This document shows, piece after piece, positions 26,101-38,387 of a stretch of DNA of 64,000 nt. Made by a program: the position numbers and the translations under genes. Origin of the DNA: Mytilus trossulus (lineage: Eukaryota); contig NC_086383.1 of assembly GCF_036588685.1 (NCBI RefSeq), forward strand, positions 27,404,001-27,468,000, read 5' to 3'. The notes beneath the pieces were generated by a model. The model searched no databases and was not told the origin of the DNA. It was given only the letters and a program-made list of their open reading frames with translations. Each line of letters starts with the position of its first letter. Position 1 is the first letter of the stretch.

Positions 26101-29100
26101 ACATTGTTGTTTGGAGGATAAGAACGAGCCGGTCTATGGGGAGGCGGAGGTAGCTACTGTTGCTTGTCATACTTACAATTCGTGACATTGTAGAGGTAGA
26201 ACTGGTGCACTGGGTTGTACATTGTTGTTTGGAGGATAAGAACGAGCCGGTCTAGGGGGAGGCCGAGGTAGCTACTATTGCTTGTCATACTTACAATTCG
26301 TGACATTGTAGGGTAGAACTGGTGCACTGGGTTGTACATTGTTGTTTGGAGGATAAGAACGAGCCGGTCTAGGTGGAGGTGGAGGTAGCTACAGAGAAAA
26401 AAGTAGTAAATTAAACGTCATATACTTGTGCCTCTCACTCAAAGTGTCCAAATCCTTTTTGAATCGTTCCTGCAAGCTTTGTGTATGTCAGCTGTCGGTA
26501 CATTTTGTGGAGAACTTACATGTTTGACTGAAATTATGTGTGTGTTTTGAAAATAATTATACGACTGAAATAATTGTAAGACTTGATAAATGATTTTCGA
26601 TTACTTTTCGATTGAATTCGATACTGTATGTGAACAAGAAAAAACTCGGGTAATCATTTCATAAACAATAAACATAATATATGACTACAGCTTAATAAAT
26701 ATATGTGAATTTAAATAGCTATGAAAATCATGTGCAAAGCTTTGTCAAATTAAGACACGAGTGCACAGTATTGAAATATAAAAATATCTAAATAATAATT
26801 ATCACGTTCCCCCTCCCCCTCCCCTAAAAAAAATATGAGAAGAAAAACCCCCAACAACATACAAAATACGACATGCGACATTTATCATCTCATTCATGAA
26901 TTGTATGTTTATGTATATACTTAAAACTGCCGAGCAAATATATTTTTACTTACAGTTGCTTTAATAGCTTCCAACCAGGCTCTGTAAATAAATATGACGG
27001 TCAGAGACATGAGCAAATACTTGAATTTAACACATGCTTGGTCGATTGGTCGAGGGTGTTTGACGCCATTTGCATCACACTCGGCTACATTATAAACTAG
27101 TTGACTTTTTGAATCACAAATACACCAACGAAAACTTCAATTTTGATTTTCTAAAATTATTGCAGAAAGCCGATCGAACTCAGTCAAGCAAAGTTTCCAC
27201 TAATGGACATGTATAAAACTATATTTTTTCCCGTTTTCAAATCGACATGTAGGATTCCATGGAAATCAGCAAAGACTGAAATTATACTTTAGCAAAATTC
27301 TTATGAATTATCAAAATCAGAGAACCGCTTCTCATTATATAACGTTGAATTGCTTCAAACGTAGTATAAATAAAACGGTTTCGATTCATTCAAAACTTCA
27401 TATCTTTAAGCAAACAACTGTCTATAGTGGAATTCTGTAAGTTGTCCTATACATACATTTGTATTTTTTTTTATTACGGTAGAAAGTCTTCATTTGCATC
27501 TGAATGTTAATGAAAGTCAACATTCTAGATATTATATATCACAATATTTCTCCTTTGGCGGGGATCAGGGGCGGATTAAGAGGGGGATATGGTCCAGAGG
27601 GCCGCACCCCCTTTTCTGAGAAAAACATGATTGATTATATAGGGAATCATTGAAGCATGACCGGAGCGGGCCCCTTCTTAGGCAGTCAGCGGATCCCTTC
27701 TTAGGCAGTCAGCCCCCACCACTTATGAAAATTGCTGGATCCACCCCAGGGGATACGAGAAAGATGAAACTTCAAACTTTGACCTGAGTCATACACTCAC
27801 TTCATATCTTCATCGCCTCCATCAAATAAAATCCAGCTCATGTTAATGTTTTCTTTTCTGGTTCCCCTCTTGAATATATTTGGTATTCCCATCAGATGAA
27901 CTACCTGTCTGCCTTTCGGAAGTTTAGGAAATTTACTTGTATGAAGGCACATTGGGCCAACCGCCATAAAATTAGCAACCATCTAGAATGGAAAGAAATA
28001 GTTTGATTAATACATATATTCCCGAAATATTTTGAAAGTATTAGTACTTAATTTCAAAACATAAGAAATCTCAACAAAAGGTGCCTATTTCTAGTAATTC
28101 ATTATATGCCATAACATTCTGTTATTTTCACCAAATTTAAAAAAGAATGGACAATCAAATAACTAAAAGCGAAACATAACACATTTTGAACTTCTATTTG
28201 ACCATGGTTTTTAAATAAAAATGTGCCAACTTGTATGTACATGTTCAAAGAACAAATGTAGTCGTCTTGTAGGTTGCATCACTGTTCAGGGTTTAATTCG
28301 CCGTTTTAGAATCTAAAGAACTATATCGCATAGTTCGTATACCAAAATGAAAACAACGTTACTTCATTGGTTGGATTTCTATTGTTTATAACGTTTTAAA
28401 CCAATCACAACGTTTTGGTGTAAGCTTTTGGAAATATTACACAGGGTGCATAAGATTCTGAAACGGCGAATTATGTACCTGTCACGATGTTGTGACATCA
28501 ATATACATGAGACGTGGTTTAACATGACAAGACGCAAATTCACTTGAATGCATGCGAAACGTTGTCATGCAGTATCAATTAGAGATATAAACTACATTTT
28601 GTATATCAAATATTTTTTTTACCGAAAAGCAAGATTAAGCATTTGCCTGTTTCTAGATTTACCTTTAATTTGATGCCTCCTTTGTGGTGGTAACTATTTT
28701 GGTTTTCATACCATAATAAACTACTGTCCTCAAATAACACAAAGAACCGCGAGTTCCATCCGTCATATAGACACCCTCCTTTAAAATAGTGCAAAAAGGG
28801 ATTCAAAGCAATGACTATTATGAAATGATCTGAAATTTCGTCTATCCCGCTAACATGTTTAACCCCGCCACATTATTAAAATATGCACCTGTCCCAAGTC
28901 AGAAGCCTGTAATGCAGTGGTTGTCGTTGGTTTATGTGTTACATATTTGTTTTTCGTTCATTTTTTTCATATAAATAAGGCCGTTAGTGTTTTCGTTTGA
29001 ATTGTTTTACATTGTCTTATCAGAGTCTTTATAACTGACTATGCGGTCTGGGCTTTGCTCATTGTTGATAGCCGTACGGTGACCTATATATAGTTGTTAA

Positions 29101-30746
29101 TGTCTGTGCCATTTTGGTCAGTTGTCTCATTGGCAATCATACCACATCTTCTTTTTTTTTTTATAATACCTACTTCTAATGCAAATAAAGATTTATTTGC
29201 ATTATAAGTATGCAAATAAAAACAAATTAAAATTAAGATTAAAGGTGGATATATTAAAGATTTATTAGTAGCTTTATTTATAACATGTATATCCTCCCTA
29301 TATATACAAAGAAAATACAACTAAGTTTATATGGCAACATCTATCAACAATATGTATCGATAGTTCCGTGTGTTTCATATACATAAAATAAGCCTGGTAC
29401 CATTGCTAACTTTTTACATCACTGGGTCAATACCACTGCCCAGTAGTCAGCACTTCGGTGTTGACATGAATATCAAGATATATGGTCATTTTTATAAATT
29501 TACTGTTTGCAAAAGTATATGTTTCCTTTTAAACTTAGTTGTCTCTTCTTTGTATTTATAAAGAGCATATACATGTTATGAATTATTCAAAATACTAAGG
29601 ATTTTCTTATCCCATGTATAGATTACCTTTAGTTAGCTGTATTTGGCACAAATGTTTGGCATTGCTGGTTCTCAATGCTTTTTAATTTTGTACTTGTTTT
29701 GCCTTTCAAACGTTTGGATTTGAGCGTCACTGTTGAGTCTTATGTAACCGAAACGCGCGTCTGGCAATTACCGTTCATAACTATTTACACCACCGGGTCG
29801 ATGCCACTGCTGGTGGACGTTTCATCCCAAAGGGCGTATAAAATTATAAGCCTAGTACCTTTGATAACTATTATACTAAGGAATATACTGTTATAGAAGA
29901 ATGCATGTCGTTATTTTCCTTCTTATGGTTGGTCCCCAATTTATCTTAATTATCATAACTTCATAACGCATGCTTTCCCAAATCTCTTTGCATATCTAAT
30001 ACTGCTCCATCACATATACACTATACTGTGTGTAGTGGTGTTTTGCCTATAGCTAATACGGAACGCAAAGAGATTTCTAGAGAATATGAATTCGTCGATG
30101 AAAATTAGTTTGGTCATCGCGCAGCAAATCAAAAGAACCTTGCTCTTTTTGAAGAATAAACTCAGCATAGATAATAGAATAACGTTGTGTACGTCAGAAT
30201 CGCATCTACTCATCAATGAAGTTTGCTATAATATATTTCAGGACTTTTTTGCAAATAAATGATTTCAGGGGAATAAGTCACAGCAAAAAGCAATGAGAAC
30301 ACGATAACTATCAATTCAATTAAAAGTTCACTGAAAGATTTATTTTGTTTGCGCATTTCTTTAAACAAGTATTTGTTCTTTTTTAAACGTTTTCACACAA
30401 TTCCAAAACTAAACAAATTTGTTACTTGTAGTGCTCTCCAAATCGTATAAGGATTCGTCTTTCTCAATATTTAGCTTTTAATAATCGTGTTTTGTTTTGC
30501 CATTGTTTGTCTGACTTTGTTTCGACTTATAATAGTTAATCATCTCATCTCAATGTTGAACCCCGTTCTTAAACTGGTCCACACAAATGTCCATGTCTTA
30601 AAACTACTCAAAGGTACAACACAATGTTTCATTTGTCCTAAATAATGTTACATACAATTTAACATACATTTGTGTATGTACTGCTCAAAGATACGTACGT
30701 TCATAGATCTTCAGGTAACCTTTTTTGACCACTCGTGCGTTTGGTT
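23169..30746 (-). CDS. PH-domain protein, PLEKHB/evectin-like, paralogue A (spliced, ~354 aa with the tentative first exon); Gly/Asp/Tyr-rich C-terminal tail
   Basis: Phase-consistent GT-AG exons: 30746-30699 (PNARVVKKGYLKIYE), 28778-28663 (RGCLYDGWNSRFFVLFEDSSLLWYENQ...GGIKLK), 27982-27801 (MVANFMAVGP...WILFDGGDEDM), 26981-26954 (KAWLEAIKAT, PH C-terminal helix Trp), 26388-26295 (LPPPPPRPARSYPP...YNVTN), 24924-24844 (YHPPNE...ASNLAT), 23668-23169 (GMLVGAAIGYGLGG...WGWGWG...GGCGGGCGGD*). The motif LATGMLVGAAIG resembles the PLEKHB C-terminal hydrophobic segment. Confidence 0.88.
24567..24778. repeat. Dispersed repeat family (...GTTCAGTATTTTTGTGATTTTACTTTT)
   Basis: Reverse-complement match at 61241-61415; partial copies at 36130-36300 and 10140-10172. 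Confidence 0.65.
25686..26391 (-). repeat. 117-bp tandem repeat x6 (exon 5 of paralogue A plus the first 23 nt of intron)
   Basis: AGCTAC anchors at 25801, 25918, 26035, 26152, 26270 and 26387. Confidence 0.95.
27566..27749. mobile_element. GC-rich MITE (CAGGGGCGGAT...ATCCACCCCAG termini)
   Basis: Imperfect TIRs, GC-rich subterminal region, and GGGAT on both flanks. Confidence 0.6.
28296..28470. mobile_element. MITE with TA flanks and internal CCAAT motifs
   Basis: TA|ATTCGCCGTTTTAGAATCT ... AGATTCTGAAACGGCGAAT|TA. Confidence 0.7.
29415..29872 (+). mobile_element. Degenerate retrozyme-like repeat, more than one monomer, in an intron of paralogue A
   Basis: Aligns with the 37180-37538 monomer. 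The hammerhead is mutated (CTGTTGA at ~29730). Further degenerate copies lie at 11700-11830, 25490-25645, 44445-44527, 48265-48400 and 59235-59370. Confidence 0.6.
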
Positions 30747-32971
30747 CTATAAATAACATACAAATTGATTAACATGTGGAAAATATCAAAACAAATATTG
30801 TAGAAATGCAAAAAAAAAAAATCATCATAAACTCTAACAAAAAGTTGGTTTACGTCACCTCGACTTCTCAAGCCCAAAACCACAAAACTCTCTTAAGGGG
30901 CGTTTCTTTGGCTGTTGTTGAATGTACGATACTTTAGATTCTTAGTACAACAAAATGATAACTCACACTTGATATCACATGTGATTAGGGATCGGCGTTT
31001 TCTGTAAACCCTTGCAACAACCATTTAAGGGATTAGTAGGAACACGAGTATCATGTGAGTAGGCAATATTTCAGCCCATCTAACATACATTTTTTACAGC
31101 TTGGATCAAAAACGTTTTATCTTTCATACAGCACTCGTAACAAATATGCAGAATCTGTCATTTGACATCTTTTTCATTTGTCTTCCTAAATATATACATT
31201 ACATACATAGTAGGTACTGGACGTTACTTACCTGTTTAGAACTGAAAATAAATAGCCTCGCCCAAGATAAAATTTAAAGAAATATTTATGTAATAAAACA
31301 TAGGAAACAGTTGTTTACTAAATTAATTTAGCAAAACGCAAAAGCCGACAATGAAACGTGTTAACTTGGACTGTGGCTTTTATTGATCTTTGTATTTTTT
31401 TGTCTAAGTTCCAAACTGATGAGACAAGCCAGTTCCAATTATTATATTGATATTAGTTTCACCACTGTTCCACGTAAAGCTGAGGTGTGAATGCTAAATA
31501 AAGGCAACATTAGTATACCGCTGTTCGAAGATCAGAAATCGATTGAGAAAAAACAAATCCGGATTACAAACTAAAACCGAAGGAAACACATTAACTATAA
31601 GAGGAAAACAACGAAACAACAGAAAAACTGAAGTGAAACAAAATTAAAAGACAATGCAACACACACAACTGTCATTTTTTTACTTGGTACAGGACATTTT
31701 GAGAAAACAAATAGAGGGTTTAACCTAGTTTTGTGTCTAGCTAAACCTTGTGCCTTTATGACAATGTTATCTTTAACAGTTAACAAACAACATTACAAGA
31801 CAGGACTAGAGAATAAATGAATGCAATGCCAGAAAATTCAGGACTGAGATCTAGATGTACACAAATATACAATACAATTATACATTTCGACATGCTGATA
31901 ATTTAATACGATAACAAACATGTTAAACATCACTCCAACATAATCTTTATGTAACTATTCCAAGCAGCGAATAATAATTAATTGGTTTATGTCATCCATA
32001 TTTGACTTTTATTTTCAGTAGTCACACATTGTCCTTCAGGGAAAAAGTAGAAAGAGGAAGTCCATACCAATTGACAAAATCACACGACGTACAATTTTAT
32101 CTACCAACTTAAAAAAAGGAAAACAACTGTCATAAATTTCTAGCTTTGTTAAACAATTTCTGAAGAAAAGGATGGGTTATATTTACCCTCACTAATCGAA
32201 CTGCAAACTTTTTATTGTTTCATTATACCAGTATTGTTTATAAAAAGGAGCAAATGAGATCATCCCCAGTTTTTGGTGGGGTTCGTGTGGCTTAGTCTTA
32301 AGTTTAACCATGTTGTGTCTTGTGTACTATTATTTTTCTGTCTGTATTTTTTATATTTTGACATGGCGTTGTCAGTTTATTTTCGATCTATGAGTTTGGC
32401 TGTCCCTCTGGTATCTTTCGACCCTTTTTTTGAACAAATCACTTACGATGTTTGTTTATTCAAGCTTATGCTCATCATCTTAACTGAATTAAGATTATGC
32501 TAGAGAAATGAAAAAATGAAGATATTTTTTCCAATATTTGAAATTATTTTATACACGGCATCTTATAAAGCTACTATATGATATGAGTTTTGTTCAGGTT
32601 GAATGCCTCACAGGATTTGTATATCTGCCTACATCTTTATCCATGGGATTTATTGAACAGTTGTCTCATTTTATATGATGCAAAAGCCAGCAGTGTCCGA
32701 GATGTCTTAGTAGTCACAATTTAATTAGAGTATCACTTGCGTAACAACAATGAGGGATGAGTACGAATCCTACACATGGCAGGTGTGTTCGTCTCCAATC
32801 TATATTTACTGGGATTGTCAGTTTTCGTACCGAATATCGATAGGTCTTCCTGGAAACTCTAGCTATCTCGTTTTCGTACCGATTATCAATAGTTCTCCCT
32901 GGAAGCTCTAGCAATCTCGTTTTCGTTCCGATTATCGATAGTTCTCCCTAGGCCCTGCTATCTCGCTTTCG

Positions 32972-33124
32972 AGCATTGAGGAATTTTGGATCCTCAATGA
33001 TCTTCAACTTTGTACTTGTTTGGCTTTATAAATATTTTGATATGAGCGTCACTGATGAGTCTTATGTATACGAAACGCGCGTCTGGCGTACTAAATAACA
33101 ATCCTGGTACCTTTGATAAATATT
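32972..33124 (+). mobile_element. 5'-truncated retrozyme-like copy inserted into a ~48-bp minisatellite (32820-33170)
   Basis: CTGATGAGTCTTATGTATACGAAACGCGCGTCTGGCG at 33052-33088. The unit tttcgttccgattatcgatag resumes after 33123. Confidence 0.7.
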
Positions 33125-33513
33125 TCGTTCCGATTATCGATAGGTCTCCCTGTACACTCCAGCTTTTTCGAAATAATAACTGACCGCCACGAAATAGCAC
33201 AATAGTGCTGAAGTGGCTTTAAACACCAACCAATCAATCAATCACACGATGCAATATCTTAAAACAGAAACAATGCATTTTTAAGATCCTCCTTGTAAGT
33301 TGGTACACATATTGAACTGTCAAACACTTAACTTATAACTGAGTTTATGACGCAGTTTACAAAACGGTGATATTTTCATGATGTTGACATGATTGATGCA
33401 CTTTTAATTTTAGTTAAACTAAGTTATCTTTATTTTCTAACAGAGATCGTTTCATGTTTATCTGATTGTAAAGAGTGATCGAATAACATATACTGAGTTA
33501 TTATAAAACTTAC

Positions 33514-33529
33514 TTTTAATTCTTATCAT
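33514..33529 (-). CDS. Tentative start-codon exon of PH paralogue A (MIRIK)
   Basis: ttctttgtcgtag|tccaaaaATGATAAGAATTAAAA|GTAAGT: acceptor, A-rich ATG context and a consensus phase-1 donor that matches the phase of exon 30746-30699. Confidence 0.45.
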
Positions 33530-35256
33530 TTTTGGACTACGACAAAGAAAACAATCCATTTGTATATGATTAGGAAATCCGTTGTGTTAAGTGACTGTCA
33601 AATTTTACATACAATATTGTAAATATTATAAACCGGAATTTATAAATAGAATTATTGTCGTAAAGTTAATATTTCAGCACACACATATATACATGTATGT
33701 GGTTTTTACCAAACGGATTCAACAAGCCCATGTTTCTCACCTGACTTATACTATATGATCATATGTTATTGACATCATCACTTATCCAACGAACACATCA
33801 CTGTTATATTTTGGTGTATAATTTTCTATTTTACCATTCAAAAACAATTTACAGTTAGTCAGTCAATGTATTACGAAAGATAACTCTTATTTGATCTTGA
33901 TAATATATTTAACCTCATTCACATTTTAGGCATAAATACCTGGACACATTTTTCAGGATCTAAGATTAATGTCTAACACTATTGAAGCAATATATCTACT
34001 GCCTATGCGTCAGCCTTTTGCCTAGAATTTAATCTTAATGCTTATTTCACTTATTAAAATTGAGAATGGAAATGGGGAATGTGTCAAAGAGATAACAACC
34101 CTACCATAGAACATACAACAGCCGAAGCCCACCAATGGGTTGTCAACGCAGCGAGAAACCTCCGCACCCAGAAGCGTCCTTCAGCTGGCCCCTTTGTATA
34201 CTAGTTCATTGATTGTGGACGTCATACTAAAATCCGAGTTATACACAAGAAATATGTCCAAATTAAAATTGTACATGTCTAACAAAGGTCAGAGGCCCGT
34301 GACTTGCCACTAACATATATATAAACATGCGAGAAACAAAATTATACAATGATTAAATGTTTAATTACATTTACTAGGAAGCATACACATAAACGTCATG
34401 CAGATAAATGTTACAGCTATATACATGTATCATCTCCATTGCACGGCCTTCGATGTATTCAGTCTAAGTTGTAATAGAAAATTAGAATTAAAACGAACAT
34501 TATAAAATAAAAAAAAAATGCAATTGTACCAGACTATTCATTCTATGTGTTTATAGAATATATAGATAAGTGAATTGTTTGATTCTTCTCCATTTTCAGA
34601 TGTTAAGGGAAAATAGAAAGATAAGAAAGAAATTTATATAAACCTTGTAACTCACATAACATGCCTCTGCTGGCGGACTGAAGTCATCGAAGGTATCACC
34701 AGCTCAATAGCCAGTTCCTATGTACTGACATGATTAAATCATGTAAATGTTATTCAAAATTACAAAATTTCGGTAATTATTTAAAATTCTGAAATGTGTA
34801 TCTCCCTCATTTAAAGCTATGATTCCTTGACCGACTTTGACTATAATTTGTTGTCCTTTTAGGTTTATCATTCGGCATCGTTTTAAAATTCACATTGCGA
34901 TAAGACGTATCACGGTACTTGTCTATCCCAAATTGATGTATTTGGTTTTGATGTTATATTTGTTATTCTCGTGGGATTTTGTCTGATGCTTGGTCCGTTT
35001 CTGTGTGTGTTACATTTCAGTGTTGTGTCGTTGTTCTCCTCTTATATCTAATGCGTTTCCCTCGGTTTTAGTTTTTTACCCCGATTTGTTTTTTGTCCAT
35101 GGATTTACAAACATCTTTGTATTTTCAAATAAAATGACTCGAACATCACTAAAACGGTTTAATTTATCGTTTACATTTTGAATGTGAAAAGAAATAATAC
35201 GTTTAAAAGCGATATTTGAATATAAATCTAACCCTGTCGTTCTATTTATGAATACA

Positions 35257-35660
35257 AAATTGAGAATGGAAATGGGGAATGTGTCAAAGAGACAACAACT
35301 CGACCAAATGAAAAAAACAACAGCAGAAGGTCACCAACAGGTCTTCAATGTAGCGAGAAATTCCCGCATCCGGAGGCGTCATTCAGCTGACCCCTAAACA
35401 AATATATACTAGTTCAGTGATAATGAACGACATACTAATTTCAAAATTGTACACAAGAAACTAAAATTAAAATAATACAAGACTAACAAAGGCCAGAGGC
35501 TCCTGACTTGAGACCGGCGCAAAAATGCGGCGGGGTTAAACATGTTTGTGAGATCTCAACCCTCCCCCTATACCTAATGTATAAAAGTAAACGCATAACA
35601 ATACCCACATTAAAATTCAGTTCAAGAGAAGTCCGAGTCTGATGTCAGAAGATGTAACGA
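35257..35660 (-). mobile_element. Dispersed SINE-like family ending ...GTCTCTTTGACACATTCCCCATTTCCATTCTCAATTTT
   Basis: Related copies at 16420-16690, 16806-16945, 19820-20071 (opposite strand), 34057-34306, 50378-50610 and 55141-55350, with one shared end and a variable other end. Confidence 0.7.
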
Positions 35661-36624
35661 ATTGTTCCGTTGTATTTCAATTTACTTCACCAAAGTAGCT
35701 TAACTTCCATGTATTTCAAATTATTATTATGTCTTATAAGAGACAAACGAGGGACGATTTATACTAAAGGGACAGTCAAACGTTTAGATAATATATAAGC
35801 TAGTTTTACTAACAACGCAATGGCAAAAAATGAGAGAAAAAGACAAACAAACAAACAAACAACGGTACACAAGACAAAACATAGAAAACTAAAGACTGAG
35901 CAAAACGAACCCAACCAATAACTGGGGATGATCTCAGGCGCTCTCGAAGGGTTTATAGATCCTGCTCTTAATGTTGCACCCGTTGTATTGTTTATGTCAT
36001 TACAAAAAGTTTATCGATATTCAAATCTCGAGAATCCATTTAGAAAGTATATCCATAAACGTCAACCGGGGCGTGAAAGGTGCGCTATAAACATATTGAG
36101 AATAGACCACCAACGATGCAAAAATTATAAATAAAATCAAAACGAACCTCCGAGGAAAAGTCAAAATTGAACGTTCCTAATCAAATGACAAAATCAACAG
36201 CTCAAACACATTAAAAGAATGGACAACAGTTGTTATATTTCTGTCTTGATAAAAGCGTTGACTAATGTAGAAAATGAAATGAAAATATTGTTTTATAACT
36301 AGCTTACACAATCATTTGTATATCAGTCAAATAAAATTCCATTATATTTACCACGATGTTTGAACAAAACAAACAGACAAAATAGATCAAAATGACAACA
36401 CTCACACTAAGTCAGAATATCACAATAGGAAATCAGACAGCAGTGTCTACCTGCCTGATCAGACGTATATTTTGGTAAAGGGACATTTATGTTTTTCACA
36501 TTATGGACAATGGTGTATGTATAAGCCTTTAGAATACATATATTTCATCAAGGTAAAAGAATATACATATATTTATATAAATTGGCGATTGAGACATCAT
36601 TTCATAGATGAAATAATAAATATT

Positions 36625-36755
36625 TGTCGAGTGGTCTAGCACGTCGGGCATAGTGCAAGGCGATTTGGTTCCACGATATCATGAGTTCAAATCCTTGCCA
36701 GGGAAGAACACAAATTTCCTTCCGCAAATTTACAATCTAACATTGTTGGGGTGAT
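36625..36755 (+). mobile_element. tRNA-derived SINE head
   Basis: Box A-like GAGTGGTCTAGC and box B-like GAGTTCAAATCC with non-tRNA spacing, followed by GGGAAGAACACAAATTT. Confidence 0.55.
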
Positions 36756-36889
36756 ATAAATACGAATAACATATTTATTTATATATTTATAAATAATAAT
36801 AAAGCATCCATATACTGATATAATATTTTGAATCTCATGATTGTAGTTACAATAAAAAAAAAATACTCAGAAATATGTAACTATTTTAT

Positions 36890-37538
36890 GTTATGTAGAC
36901 GAAACGCGCGTCTGGCGTACTAATATAAGTTATATGGTTCGCTACTGACACCCTACGGATCCATAGAGGGTAAGTAAAATCCATAGGGGGTGAGGCCGGA
37001 GGCAATGAAACACAACATTATTAATAGATGACGTCGCCATTAACGCGTCATGAACCCCATATGAAACTTACTAACCCCATACGGTCTCATAGGGGGTCAC
37101 CACGTGACGGCGTTTAACCAATCACAACGTGATAATTTATCTGTGGTCCGATAAATTATAATCCTGGTACCTTTGATAATAATTTACACCACTGGGTCGA
37201 TGCCACTTCTGGTAGACGTTTCGTCCCCGAGGGTATCACCAGCCCAGTTGTCAAATCTTCGGTGTTGACATGAATATCAATATTGTGGTCATTTTCATAA
37301 ATTTTCTGTTAACAAAACTTTAAATATTTCGAAAAACTAAGGATTTTCTTATCCCATGCATAGATTATCTTAGCCGTATTTAGCACAACTTTTTTGAAAT
37401 TTTGGATCCTCAATGCTCTTCAACTTTGTACTTAATTGGTTATATAAATATTTTGATATTGGCGCCACTGATGAGTCTTATGTAGACGAAACGCGCGTCT
37501 GGAATACTTAATTATAATCCTGGTACCTTTGATAACAG
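36890..37538 (+). mobile_element. Retrozyme-like (Penelope-associated hammerhead) repeat: partial plus full ~355-nt monomer, interrupted by a ~232-bp insertion at 36923-37155
   Basis: Two GAAACGCGCGTC motifs at 36901 and 37488 (587 nt apart, minus the insertion, gives ~355). The sequence aligns with 44650-45490, 29415-29872, 21320-21540 and 22247-22468. Confidence 0.8.
37462..37503 (+). ncRNA. Minimal type I hammerhead ribozyme (core intact, stem I reduced to 3 bp)
   Basis: GCGCCA-CUGAUGA-GUCU uaugu AGAC-GAAA-CGCGCG-UC^UGGA. Confidence 0.7.
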
Positions 37539-38387
37539 TTATAAAGTAACACATGACTTTAAGTACGTTTTGACGAAAATACACATTACAATTGTATAAA
37601 GAGTATCTTACATTTCCTATGATATGAACAATTAATGAATTGTTTGTACAAAAAAATAATAAAATGTTAAAAAAATATGTAAATTATGCATGGAAAATTA
37701 CATTGAAATAAAAAATATGTATTTGGAATTAACATATACAAAAATAAGACAATATAACATAACATTCCATCACAAATAAAAAAAAATCTGATATTTTTAA
37801 TAACAAACATGTACACTAAGGAGGACCCGTATTTATTTATAACACAAATCACATGAGTTTTTGGATCACTCAGTCGCTAACAGTGAATTAGTCATTCGCT
37901 TTGATATTGATGTGCAGCAGAATTTTATTCAATTTATTTGTAACTGATAACAGAACAACTAGATCAGACAGAAATAGAAAACGTAGTATAATGGGGAAAG
38001 AATACATTGATCGTGCATAATATTTACTGTTAAAATTCATTTCACAAGTATAAACAAAGTGCATGAAATACATAAAGTTTATATTTCAACTCCATTTTTT
38101 TCCCTATTGAAATGTTTCACAATTATGAAATATCACATCATCATATAATAAAAAAAAACCCAGATGTTGAGGGAGCAAAAAGAATGGGGGTTATGGTTTA
38201 TGTCCCAGTTAGAAATAATGGATTGTTCTTCAAAATTTAACACTTATACGTATTGGAAAAATCTAGATTCAGAATATTTTGGGTCATCTATTTAAACAGA
38301 AATATTTTTCAATCAAATTGGGGATAACAAATTTGTTTTTAGGAAAAAAACCTTGAAGTTAAAATGATGTTGTCTTACTACAAAATA

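Noticed and set aside
25676-26339. ORF-track 170-aa and 61-aa repeat ORFs (MSRIVSMTSNSSYL...)
   Set aside because: They are an alternative frame of the 117-bp repeat. Splice phase from the upstream exon selects the LPPPPPRP frame.
25686-26391. 23-nt GT...AG micro-introns between repeat units, or a CRISPR-like array
   Set aside because: 23 nt with no pyrimidine tract is very short for animal splicing, and joining 94-nt exons would frameshift. The units have no unique spacers and the context is eukaryotic.
30425-30503. Possible first exon MAKQNTIIKS for paralogue A
   Set aside because: In-frame stop, and it lies downstream of the well-supported exon 30746-30699.
36625-36705. tRNA gene
   Set aside because: A and B boxes are present but I cannot fold a cloverleaf, and a SINE-like body follows.
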